Origin: Octopus sinensis
Lineage: Eukaryota
DNA: 64,000 bases
Reading direction: 5' to 3'
Assembly (NCBI RefSeq): GCF_006345805.1
Contig: NC_042997.1
Span: forward strand, 10,850,001-10,914,000
Part shown: positions 1-13,378 of the stretch, piece by piece
Layout: each line of letters begins with the position of its first letter
Position numbering within the stretch: the stretch's first letter is position 1
Translations under genes and position numbers: made by a program
Notes under the pieces: generated by a model
Told to the model about the DNA's origin: nothing
Seen by the model: only the letters and a program-made list of their open reading frames with translations
Database searches by the model: none

Positions 1-5
1 GTGTG

Positions 6-70
<65 letters not shown>

Positions 71-84
71 ATATGCGTGTTTGT

Positions 85-158
<74 letters not shown>

Positions 159-216
159 GAATGGAAAATGGATGGATGGATGGATGGATGGATGGATGGA
201 TGGATGGACGGATGGA
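1..216. repeat. Compound microsatellite (GT)n/(GATA)n/(GGAT)n
   Basis: Visible directly in the sequence. Confidence 0.98.
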
Positions 217-2287
217 CAGATGTTTGCTTATGCACATACAAAAATATCAACATACTTTAGATTTAGTTTCCTGAGTTCACAGCTCTTGAGGCTGATATAT
301 TCTTGCGAAGCGAAATATGCAGAGAATTTTAACCTAAGATTCGTATAAGGATAAATTAGTGTTAAAAAGATGTGAAATATTACTATTGTTTTAACCGGAT
401 GGGCCGTCGACAAACTGAGTGTCGCATTAATTACAATGCAAATTTGTAATATAATCATTGAATAAAAAATATTCTTTTTTATGATCATCCCAAGAAAAGA
501 GAAAGCTTTCAATCCATTAAATTTTATTCAATATGTAATCTAATCTTGACTTTGGCGAATTTATTACCGGAAGCCAACAGGAAATTGGTTGCCAACTTGT
601 CAATAGAGCAGAATATAAGGGTGATCCCTTTCAACTTTATAGAAATTTGCCACCAAGATGCATTCCTTGTTGATAATATTATAGTAAAATTAAAGTCTGC
701 CTTTATCGCATGAATTTGGTTTTAGGAGAATAGAAAATTGTTGGCCTCCAGAGACTCAAGTGCCTCATAAAGAATTCAAAAGCATGAACCTTCAAAAAAA
801 AGAAGAAAAGAAAATATTTGTCTGTAGACTGAGTAACACGCATCCTGAACACGTATAATACAAATGTTATTATTTGATATCGAGTCTAAGCAATAAAATG
901 CATATTTTATTGATTTTATTCTCTTCTTATTATGTGCGTTAATTCAGTTTTGCAGCCTTAATATCAACTTTCGAGAATGTGATGCAGTGAATAAATGACA
1001 TCTGCACAGAATTTGAACCTGTTCTACTATTCTTCAAACAACTATAAACGCAAAAATGTGTCAAATTTTCTCAGAGAATTACATTAACCCTTAGGTCTTC
1101 CCACCAGTATTCAATGCGTGGACATTTTCCGCAAGACTTTCTTCACAAGTGCCAGCAATAAACGTAGAATGATCTGTTGATCCCGTAAAGGATCAATAGC
1201 CTTTTCGAGCAATAGATATTTCATCTTATAAATGAACTACACGGCATATATGTGTGTGTGTGCGTAAGTGTGTGTGTGCGCATGTATGTGTGATGTGTGT
1301 GCGTGTGTGTAATGTGTGTGTGCATATGTGTGAGCGTATGTATGGATATAAATATTTATATAAATGCATACATATGTCTTCTTATATAGAGAAAGAAAGA
1401 GACACTCACGCACATCTACATACATGCACACATACTCAAACACACACACATATATACATACACATACATACATACATACATACATATATACATACATACA
1501 TACATTCATATTTACATACATACATATTAAACTTAAACTGAAAGAGAATAATGTTAACAACGGAAGTTATATTGTAATCACACATTTGCAACTAATAATT
1601 GGGAATATATTTTTTGTGCAGAATATTGATTGGAATCTAGATATTTTGCACGCATGTGCTCTATATTTAGACTTCACTTTCATTATCTAATCACCAACAA
1701 AGATCTGTTCTTGAGCAAAAAAAAAATCTTTTTCAGCGGCGACTATATTGGAAGTTAATTGAATGAGTTCAGTGTCAACTCTCCAGAAACTATGGAGTTA
1801 TTTTTGAGTTACTATCAGATAATCTAAAGAAAGCAAACTAGCTAGGCAGCATTTCTATTTGTCCGACTAAACAACGCTTTTGTAATTAAAATCTTTGAAA
1901 TACCAGTGTAGTTTGTAGTTTCAGAAGCAATCATATTTGACACAGCATTATCGTATGGTTATTTGGTCAACTTTCTCCATACCTCCTAAAGGAATAGACT
2001 AACAAATGCGGTTTGTCTGCAGAATGGAATTATAAGACAGCTGATAAAACATTGATTGATATACGATAAAACTTCCTTTTTTTTTTCTTTTTTCTGTGGA
2101 TATCGAAGATACTTACTGCTTGTACTCAGGTTTTAAGTAATGATAAGAGGATGATGCGATGCTGGTATCGCATTTCAATTTTCTCTTGAAAAATTTTGAC
2201 CTCGTCATTGTCAACCAATAAATTTCCACAACAGCTTGCACAAATAAATCGCACTACCCTTGATAACTGCTTACAGACTGAATCAAA

Positions 2288-2861
2288 GTGGGGCAAATGG
2301 TGGGAGAAAATGAAGAGAAATGGCAGGTGAGTCAGTTGTTGTTTGCTGATGAGACAACACTGTTTGGAAGAGTGTGTGAGAGGAGGAAACCGAAAGTGAA
2401 TCTAGCTAAGAGTAAGGTGATGAGATGTTCGAGAGATGGAATGGCAGGTAGGGTGGATGTGAATATAAATGGTGAGATGTTAGAGAAGGAGAGTGTTTTT
2501 AAGTATCTGGGGTCACATATGACGGCGGGTGGTGGGGTTGGCTGAGAAGGTGGGATATAGAGTGAGGAAGGGGTATTGTGAAAGGTATGCTGAGAGATAA
2601 AAGGTTAAGTATGAAAACGAAAAGGTGTGTAAGAGGGTGTGATTATGCCGACAATGTTATATGGTGCAGAGACGTGGGGGGGGGGGTGAAAGAGATGGAA
2701 AAGAGGCAACTAGATGCATTTGAGATGAGGTGTTTGAGGGCTATGGTTGGTGTGACACGGATGGACAGGATGAGGAGGTGCGAAGACGAGTAGGAATGAG
2801 AGAAAAGCTAACAACCTAATTGGATAGACGAATGTTGAGGCGGTTTGGCCACATGGAGAGC
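2288..2861 (+). mobile_element. RTE-clade LINE ORF2 fragment (RT C-terminal part), decayed
   Basis: FADET..., KVNLAKSKVM, FKYLGS, PTMLYGAETW, FEMRCLR and LRRFGHME motifs across frameshifts. Confidence 0.9.
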
Positions 2862-3037
2862 ACCATTTTTCTCGAATATTGGAACTGCAACTACAATATC
2901 TGTATATATCTTTCTGTATATATTTTTCTGTATATATATCTTTATATATATATATATATTTCTACTTTCATTCTCTTATTTCCCTCTATATTCCCTATCT
3001 TTTCCACAATAATTCGAGCTCAAATATTTTCTCACAC

Positions 3038-3087
3038 AGTCTCTGATGAAGGGATGTCCAAAATATCCCAGAAACAGCTGTAAGACT
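3038..3087 (+). ncRNA. Type I minimal hammerhead ribozyme motif (family A) in a PLE pseudo-LTR-like repeat
   Basis: AGUCU-CUGAUGA-A-GGGAU(gtccaaaat)AUCCC-A-GAAAC-AGCU-GUA-AGACU: stems I and II are complementary, the core is intact, and the stem III loop is palindromic. Confidence 0.75.
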
Positions 3088-3304
3088 ATTTTATTATAAA
3101 TGTCCTGAAAACTCCTCACAGACTTGGATTTGTTATTTCATTCGGTCTAATATATATATGCATGCTAATACAAGGCCCACGTAAGACTCCTCACTCGTAT
3201 CAGCATCGAACCAAGAGTTTAACCACGGCCTATCCATAGCACTTACTTAGCGTTACCTGACACGCTTGGGTCTTCTAGACACCAATGCCTCTCATACCCT
3301 CGGT

Positions 3305-3356
3305 TTTATATATATATTAATATTATATATATATATTATATATATATATATATATA

Positions 3357-3389
<33 letters not shown>

Positions 3390-3413
3390 TAATATATATA
3401 TATATTATATAAT

Positions 3414-3497
<84 letters not shown>
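3305..3497. repeat. (TA)n microsatellite. Other long (TA)n tracts at ~4066-4112, 14820-14898, 21134-21200, 21290-21380, 25231-25293, 45865-45985
   Basis: Visible directly in the sequence. Confidence 0.98.
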
Positions 3498-3498
<1 letters not shown>

Positions 3499-3526
3499 GC
3501 GAGAAAGAAGCAACAAGAATGGATAG

Positions 3527-3615
3527 GTTTTAGTACGATCGTTTCATACAAGGACAGGTTTATTAAAAGTTGCAAGATTACAGCATATAAACGAGCCCCG
3601 TACTCATCAGCTAAA
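3527..3615 (-). ncRNA. Type I hammerhead motif (family B), minus-strand copy in the left arm of the palindrome
   Basis: Reverse complement of the left arm gives the same core and stems as 3831-3920. Confidence 0.68.
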
Positions 3616-3830
3616 ATACATGTAAGTTCTAGACATCCTAGTGTTGAGGCTATACTCATGAAGTAATGTAGATAATTAAACAGATTTCTAAAGTTCATTA
3701 AGTTCTTTAAAGATGATGTATATACATCATCTTTAAAGAACTTTAATGAACTTTAGAAATCTGTTTAATTATCTACATTACTTCATGAGTATAGCCTCAA
3801 ACACTAGGATGTCTAGAGAACTTACATGTA

Positions 3831-3920
3831 TTTTAGCTGATGAGTACGGGGCTCGTTTATATGCTGTAATCTTTGCAACTTTTAATAAAACTGTCCTTGT
3901 ATGAAACGATCGTACTAAAA
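3831..3920 (+). ncRNA. Type I hammerhead motif (family B), plus-strand copy in the right arm of the palindrome
   Basis: UUUUAG-CUGAUGA-GUACGGGG...CCUUGUAU-GAAAC-GAUC-GUA-CUAAAA. Stem II has 8 bp (including G-U pairs) around a 43-nt insert, and its first pair is G-U rather than G-C. Confidence 0.7.
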
Positions 3921-4063
3921 ACCATCCATTCTTGTTGCTTCTTTCTCGCTTATAATACCCAACATTACTGTATTGTTAAATCAGTATAGTTTTTTTTGGT
4001 GCATCTAAGTTAGGTACCATATTCAAGTAAATTTTTTAATTAACTTGAATCTTTATTGCTCTT

Positions 4064-4114
<51 letters not shown>

Positions 4115-4207
4115 CGGGAAGCTTTATGAAAATAAACAAAAGACGAAGGCAGGTGGAGTACAAACAAACAATTGTATTAGTATGGCGCTCAGGAATATAA
4201 ATAAAAG

Positions 4208-4245
4208 TCTTTTACGTTTCGAGCCTACGCTCTTCAACAGAAAGA
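4208..4245 (-). ncRNA. Hammerhead-like motif (family C) with variant core CUGUUGA, inside a ~190-bp repeat (~4113-4305)
   Basis: UCUUU-CUGUUGA-A-GAGC(GUAG)GCUC-GAAAC-GUA-AAAGA. Confidence 0.55.
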
Positions 4246-4304
4246 TACACAGAAAAAAAACACGGAGAGAAACAAGGAGAGAAAAAAATGCGTGCAGAAG
4301 CTAG

Positions 4305-4346
<42 letters not shown>

Positions 4347-6365
4347 CAAATAAGAAAATGGAGAAACATATTCAGTTTGTTCATCAACTTACGGATATTA
4401 TAATGTTAGATTATTTATTCATTTTACAAATGAGAACATCAAAAGCATACAAAATATTATATAAATCAATAGATAATGTAACAATACAAATACAGTTTTT
4501 AAAAGTCATATTATAAATTATTGAAATCCAACACCCATAACCCCTATCTTACTTTGTACTATATATATATACACTCACACGCACATACACACACAAACAC
4601 ACAGTTACACCAGCAAAATATATATATACATAAGTACAAATTATTGGACGGCCGTTGACCCTCATGAATTCCGCCTCCCTTTGTCGGGTTTTGCTTTTAA
4701 TCACCCTCCTCACCAAGCAAGTCTGGTTGGGTTGCCGGTTTAGTTCTTAACGACTTGACCATGCGACAGATTGTACTGGGTTACATGTTACCAGTAGCAC
4801 TCGGGTGCGACCTGATATACGTACGTACATACATACTTACATACATACATGCATGCATACATACATACATGCATACATACATACATACATACATACATGC
4901 ATGCATACATACATACATGAGTGCATACATGCGTGAATAATGCGCGTGCGCATGCATACATATATGAATTTCCTTTTACGTCGAGTTGTAATAAAAACAA
5001 TTTAACATAAATCTGAAGAGTTACTCAATACTTTTATAAAGTATATATTAAACTTCGAAGTCACTGCCAACCTTCTTCATTCAAAAGTATAATATATATA
5101 AGCATGTGTGTGTGGTGGGCTTCGACACATTTGCCGACAACAAAATTCCACCTACAAAGCATTGGCCAGCCAAAAATAGAAGACACTTGCTCAAAAATTC
5201 GCGCAACGTGATCGAACTGGAGCCACATGCTTGCGACACAAAATTCTTAACCACATGGCTACGCTTGACTATCCATTTTAAATAATATTCTACTTAAGCC
5301 ATTAATTTAATTGTTAGATCTAGATGTAATAGATCTTGTGCGACTACTGGATAAAATGTTTTAGCTTCTGGAAATATGCACGCCAATTTAACGATAATAC
5401 ACATATATTTCAATTTTGAAATATAGTCTGTCGTTTGTGTTCTTTTCCCATCTGTTCGCATTAAATCATTCTACAACTGCAAAATGGCTTGTTTGTCAGA
5501 AATAGTTAAACCTTCAGCAATAAATTTTGAAGATGTTTGGTAATGATCGATCTGTTCTAAATATTAGTTAATATATGATAAATCAATACAAAATATTTAA
5601 AATTATTTCAAATAGCTATTGTTTAGCAGTCGATGTTGTTTTCTTTGCTGTCGTTATCAGCACCATCATCGTCGTTGTCGTGCTGTTTGTAGTAGTGTTA
5701 GTTCCATATACAAAACGACAGAAGATTATAATTTTCTGGTCATAAAATTTACAATACGGGAGCAGTAATGGCTCATTAAGTTTATAACATGAAATCAAGT
5801 AGCTAAATACTTTCCCTGAAACTCTTCAAACAGAACTGGAACTAAAACACTATGAAATGCATGCTTTCTCTACTCTTCTCTCTCTCTCTCTTTCTCATTC
5901 TCTTTTTTATCTATCTATCTATCTTTATATCTTTATATCTGTCTTCTCAGTCTATCTGTTTCTACATTAAATTATAATCCCAGTAAACCAGGAACCGGGC
6001 TTTCATTAACAATATTTTTTGCTTGGATTGGATTTCTAAATTAACATGCAACTTCATATGCATATTCTCTCAAAGACTTCATTCTCCGACTTGGTCGAAC
6101 AACCAATCCAAACCAGCCGGAATTCTCATATACGGGTTGTACTATTCATCTTTTCCATCGCATACACACACACACACACACACACACATACATACATACA
6201 CACATGTATATATTCATGTGTGCATGTGCACGTGTGTGTGTGTGTGTGCGTGTTTGTGTGTGTAGTAATGATAATAATAATACTTAATAATCCATGGATA
6301 GAATTTATGAATATTTTAATGCATCGCTACGCAATAAAATATTTATAAATTCCATCCATGGTGTA

Positions 6366-6426
<61 letters not shown>

Positions 6427-6672
6427 CATTATTATTACTATATTTATTCCTACAATATATCAGCACAAATCGGTAGAACCCCATAAAACTGCTAATGCCA
6501 GTTAGCATCATTAGGCTGTAGCCGACATACATAATAAAATAGAAGCTTTTATATGCGTATTCAAAAACGTCTCCCGTAAACGAACTTAAAATGTATGTAT
6601 GTATCTATATATATATATAATATTATATATATATATATATATAATATATATATATATTATATATATATATAT

Positions 6673-6708
<36 letters not shown>

Positions 6709-7104
6709 GTAGGGATAAGCAAGCTTGACTGATCAATATATAAAGTATTTTAAATACATGAAATACAAAAAAAAACATGTATACATATATACACATAAAA
6801 AGGTCCGACTTCCACAGAATACAAATGATATAGTGAATTAAAGTGGTTGAAGAAAAGTATCACAGATCTAACAACTGCTTCTGGGGGCTCCGTGGTCCAT
6901 AATCATGTTTGTAGATCGATTACATCATAGGATGAGATGAGCCGCTGTCTTCAGGGAAGAGGTCTTACATTTGGGGTGTTAAAGGAAAGAAGTTTAAAGA
7001 TGGAATGAATATGTAGTTGAAATTTATTGAAAAACAAAAGACAAAGGCAGGTGTATGAACAACAAGCAAGTGTATTAGTTTGACGATCGGGAAAAATGAA
7101 AAAG

Positions 7105-7143
7105 TCCTTTACGTTTCGAGCCTGCGCCCCTCATCAGAAAGGA
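7105..7143 (-). ncRNA. Hammerhead motif (family C) with canonical core, inside repeat ~7022-7190
   Basis: UCCUUU-CUGAUGA-G-GGGC(GCAG)GCUC-GAAAC-GUA-AAGGA; stem I is about 4 bp. Confidence 0.62.
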
Positions 7144-10100
7144 ATAAGAGAAAATAAACAGAGAGAGAATGAAAAAATGAAAATGAAAATATATATATAT
7201 ATGAGAGAGAAGATATATATACATATATTATATTCTTTATATTCTTTTCTTGCATCACAGTTGTTTCATTGCGATTTATTAAAAGCTGAGAATGTCCATT
7301 AAAGTAAAGTTATTTTAAAGGTGTCCATTCAATGACATTGTCAAAGTCTACCTGAATCTAGTACTAAGATTTTTCTGATTCTGCTGTATAGAAGACTTTC
7401 CTCCATAAATATTATTGTTTTCGGGTGTTCCACTGATGACAGACAAATATGCTTTTCTACTCTGGGCACAAGATCCGAAATTTTTGAGGAGGGGCCAGTC
7501 GATTAGATCAACCCCAGTACGCAACTGTTACTTAATTTGTCGACCCCGAAAAGATGAAAGGCAAAGTCGACTCGGTGGAATTCGAACTCAGAACGTAAAG
7601 ACAGACGAAATACCCCTAAGCATTTCGCCCGGCGTGCTAACGTGTCTGCCAGCTTGCCGCCTTTATGACAGACAGATATCGTGATAGAGAAGTTATTAAT
7701 CTTTTGCATGCTGAGGTCAGAAGCCTTCAGTTTTACTTTGAAAAGTCTTTCTGTTCTAAATATTTCTATGCTATGAATATTTGGATAAATTTTGTGTAGT
7801 AAAAACACTAAAGTGATTTTCAAAACAAGAGTGATGTAAATTTATATGCTTTCTTCCACATATGCAATCAAACTCTTGGCTAGTTACAGTTCGACATAGA
7901 AATATTTTAGAGGGATGCTGAATTATGTAGAGTTATATGACAGTGTCTGTGCACATTGGAAGATATACTGTCTCTATCAGAATTAAATGTAAATTGCTCG
8001 TATTATTCAACAAAACGAAATAATTATTGTATGACTGAATTATTATTTTTCTTGTTTCAATGATTACACTTTACCGTTAATTACTAACACCTGCACTTCG
8101 TTTGGAGGAATTTGGGGTTTTTTTTTCTTTCTAGTCTTAGTAATCGTTTCTCTTTGCTGTTAATTCCATTAGTAATTATCAAGGTTTATTTTTCCTCAAT
8201 TATATGCTCATATATAAGCCTCACAGACGAGATCTAAATCTTTAATTTTGTTTCCCTCAAATATCGAATTTTGGCTTTATTTTTAATCAAATCAGGGTGA
8301 ATGAAGCAAATACCAGTACTTTACTAGATTCAACAGATTATTTTTCTTTCAACCCTACATAAGACAACATAGCATTGTGCCCATGAGGACAAAATATCGT
8401 AAAATTAATCAAAAGTGGAAAAGGGGCAGTAATGGTGGCGCTCTAAACTATGCAATTTACTTTCGCCATTCTATATTCTCTCTTCTTGCCATTGTTGATA
8501 CGAAACACCCCCAGTCATTTATACGGCCAACTCAATCCACTGGACTTCACCTTCACAAATTTATAACTTTGGGTCCAAATAAGAAATTGAATCTGTTATA
8601 ACTCCATTTTATCCAAAAACCAAATTTAGTTCGAATTTTTTCATATTTTTCCGTTCTTCATTAATCTGAAAAGTAAATTATAAATAAATTAATTCATATA
8701 AAACATTACTCTGAAAGCAATGAAAATCTGCCCCAGCTATTACAGCTTTTTTAACTATCACAACTATTATACTCAATATACAACCTTCCTGGAAAACAAG
8801 TAATTTACTAACTTATATCTGGCTGTGGCTTTTGCGATATTGTATGTTAGAAAACAGCAAGATATCACATAAGATAAAATGTATACTATTTATCTATGAA
8901 GAAATCGGCTGACCAGTTAAGCTGTCAGCTTCTTAATTGAAGAGTCGTCTGTGTGTATTTCATCATTAGCCTTGTCTATGCTCTAGGTAATATTAGTTCA
9001 CTTCTCCTGGCAGCAGAACAGATAAGAAAAATAGAGAAAGCAATTCGGTAATTGGCACATAGAACTAAAATTGAATCTTCTCAAATTATAATCAAACTAA
9101 ATTTTAAAGTAATTCAAGCATCATTGTATTTGATTAGTTTTTGTTTCTAAGAACTTTTTTTTTTCTGAATAAGAACTTTTGGAGATACGCAATATTAAAT
9201 CTATATAATATGTGGAAATCAAGTAGGGTATAGTTTATAGAATGGTCTGAGGAATTTCAACCGTGTTTCGGGGTCTGCTACCGCAACAGCTCCTTTATAG
9301 GATCCAGTTAACTCAAGACATCATCAGGAGGAACCACGTCCGGTTTCGGCCCCTACTCCTCTACAGTTTTGACGTGCCCCACCCCCTTTCAGAGGTGTCT
9401 TCAGCTCTGGTGTTGGGTATATGTCTTCTTTCTTCTGTTCCCTAGCCTCTTCGATATAGCGTCAACGAGTGTCAGCGGGTGATTGACTGTCTTGTCAAAT
9501 TCCCCTTTAAATACCTGCTGCTAGGCTCCAGCAGGCAGCCTAGTCATTTGGTTTTTAATGCACTACAGATTATTTTTATGTCGCATATTTAATGTAAGGT
9601 AGAAATCATACATTTCATTAATATTTTTCTAATAACAAAGACAAATTATGTTGCCAAGGAACAAGATATATCATATAAGAGGAAATATAAGCTCTTGAAC
9701 TGACACAGTGTTAGTAATGAGTGACATAGTATCCACTGAGTCAGTGTTTACAAAGAAAACCTTCTAACAAAGCTGTCTATCTATAACTGCCATTCATCTT
9801 TTATAACGCTGATCAATGCTTTCTTCTCAGGTAATTTCATCAAATATATATTTTGAGAGAAGAGCCTCTAAGAAAAAGCCTCTGCAAGATCATTCGACCT
9901 GCTGGAAATAGCAGCTTAATTACCCTTATATAACACCCTACCATCGTAAAAAAAAAAAGACAATATTGGATAATGTAGCTCTCAATACACTGTATATCAA
10001 AAAGGACGAGATGGTCAAGATTGGAATGACTTTTATAATAGAGTTATTCGATCAGGGCTGAAGTGAAACTAAACAACAGCGCTTCCTTACATCTTCATAC

Positions 10101-10315
10101 CGCATTCACATACCACCTCGACTTCTATTACTTCCTATTAGTAGACAAATATATCCTTTATGTATATACATACCTATATTTATATGCAGATAGATATATG
10201 TGTATGTGTGTAAGGATAGCATCATATCAGACCATTTTGCCGAACTGCTAAGTTAAAGGAAGTAAGCAAACCAACGAAAGTTGGTCGTCAAACGGTTTGG
10301 GGACAAACACAGACA

Positions 10316-10722
<407 letters not shown>

Positions 10723-13307
10723 ATACGGAGGGATCCCACGCAGTTTCCGTGTGCCAAATTCACTCAAAAGGCCCAGAGCCGCGTGGTAGGAGTGAATCCG
10801 AAACCACTTCTTTACCACACAACCAGACAACCTAATTTTATTCAACAGCACTAATGACAAAGTCTGTATGTGGTCGCTTGCACCACCAAAAATAATACTA
10901 CCGTCTTACAAATAAAAAAAGAAGAAGGATAGCCACAGTAATACTGTAGTCCTATATACATTGTATCTAAAAATTGTTACAGCTATTATGCCTTTGATCA
11001 AAGATCAGCTCAATCAACGCTAACCTGCGGCTATCCAGCCACAACAGGCATTTCAACACACCCTCACTACTCATGAGTGATACACATCTAGGGCCCTTGC
11101 ATGCCATGCAAATGCTAGGCTTAATAATCTCCGATTATCTCTTAGGGCAAGTGTAGATATATTGCATAACCAAAATTATTTCAGGAAGATTGAGTTTCTT
11201 TCTTCCAGTTCAAAGCTGTTGTTGACCTCATGTGAGCCACAAGACTCACAGGAATAATGCTCACAGTTTTATGAGACGTTGTTCTCACCTCTGGTGCTTA
11301 TATTCAAGCAAGCTAACGTAAGAGGCTTTACAGGGTCACTCGATTTGTTATGATTAGCATCTAAATCTCCCTCAAATTACATCCAGCCAAGATTTTAAAA
11401 AAATTAAGGATAGTAAAAGAGCAGAAACAACAAAAAGTTAGAAAATATTTAGACATGAAGAAAAATAAGGAATAATTGTCGAATAAGGAGTAGGTTTTCA
11501 ATAAGCTGGTAGTCGAAGCTAATTCTCTCAAATCACAGTCTAACTTCTTTAAAACCGAAGCATTCTTTGTTTAAGGTGGTCCTAGATGCATAGCATCCGA
11601 AAAAATATGGGCTGGTCATGACTCGAACGTCTTTCATCACAGGTCTTCTCGTTCATGGTTAAAGAGCAATACAACTAAAATAACTTATATTCTAGTTCAC
11701 ATCTAAAAAAGATATGTTTGATAGATGGAATGGACAAAACTTCAAACACCAACATTGGTGAACACTCACTCTCCATTGATTTGTATTCTCTTTTTCTCTT
11801 AATAAATACAGTACTATAAAGCAAATACCCCTCGCCAAATGCATCACCTTTAATATAATAATTTAACTAAATTACGCAGATGGTTTCTATATAGTTGTGA
11901 AAAATCAAAACAAATATACCAATTTGATGATTGAAGCTGCAATTTTGCTCCAAGACAACCTTCCGCATGCTATCAACTAATTTATCTAATGAAGATGAAC
12001 GATTTTGAAATTATTATGAATGGGGCATATGATATTGATGGCAGAGCTTTGAACTCATGACGTATAGGTCAATAGTTCAGCACTTTAACCGCTAACACTT
12101 TCTTCATACCAAAATAAAATAAATATACATGTATACATAAGATAAAACATTTCTAATGATTTTTTCCAGTTATGCCGGCAAAGCACGATAACGTAGTAAA
12201 AACGAACAGTTCAAAAGATAGGACTGAGATTCTTTTGCCAAGAAACTTCAAACAGTTTGTATTCATGGGGAAATCAATAACAAAAATTCAGTATTTAGAA
12301 TGTTGGGGACAGATATTCAGAAAATTTGATTGTTTGTTTTTTCGTTAGTATTCTATTTTTCATATTAGACATCCTAATCAATGACCAAAGAAGAGAAGGA
12401 AAACAGGTTATATATCTTATAGAACGTATCGATGCTACAATTGCTTCTTTTCAGAGCTATTGTGCGGCAAACAACTCGGGTCACAAATGCAGAAGATTCG
12501 CTTTTGATGAAAAGATTCAAGATAAGAATATATTGAATACTTTTTATTTATAAAGGGATCAAACTAAAAAGAAATAAACGAATTGTTGTGGGTTTGATGG
12601 AGGACAAGATTGTTGAGTTAAGACACGAGCGGTTTGGTTTCATTGGTATTTAGCAATGGAAATAGCTAGATATTCTGAAAAAAAACTATTGATAAGTATT
12701 ATAAATATTACAAGGCTAAAAACCAAGCCTGTATACATTTAAATTATTTAAAATAGTCGTCACCCCCGTCCTCTAAAAAAGTTAATAAAATCCATACAAT
12801 TGAATAAGTTTTTGAGTAGGAAAGAGGTGTTAATTCTAAACATTTCAGTCAAGGCTTTTCTTCAGAGAAGAAATGAGGTGTGTTTTGATGGATAAAAGTA
12901 AAATTGAAGAGTGTAAGGAAAAAGGGAGGGAAGAAGGAGCAGATCAATGGCAGGAAGTGAACTGGAGTAATGAAGTGAGAGAGGATAAGAAAGCTCGAAG
13001 CATTTCTATGTATATTATTCTTTTATTCTTTTATTCTTTTAGTTTCATTCATCTGATTGCGGCTATACTGGGGAACCACATTGAAAGGTTAAGTCGATTT
13101 GACTTTTTTTTTAATCTCGTATTTATCGGTATTTTTGCCGAACCGCTATGTTACAGAGGCATGAACAAACCAGCATTTGTTGGCAAGCGGTTTGGGAACA
13201 AGCACAAAAACATGCACATGCACACACACACACACACGCACGTACACGCGCGCGCACACATACACACATACATACATACACACATACGTGCATAAATACA
13301 TACATAT

Positions 13308-13378
<71 letters not shown>

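Larger units (their letters stand above)
3499..3949. repeat. 451-bp spacer-less palindrome (arms 3499-3721 and 3722-3949)
   Basis: The centre is agatgatgtat|atacatcatct. The arms differ only by a few small indels (5 nt net) and a few substitutions. Confidence 0.97.

Noticed and set aside
6865-6960. Minus-strand CUGAAGA...GAGCC..GAAGC hammerhead-like pattern
   Set aside because: GAAG instead of GAAA, and stem I does not pair.
9250-9545. Two CUGANGA cores with hairpins on the minus strand
   Set aside because: One lacks GAAA (it reads GGGCAC) and the other lacks a credible stem I. It may be a decayed pLTR and was not counted as a hammerhead.
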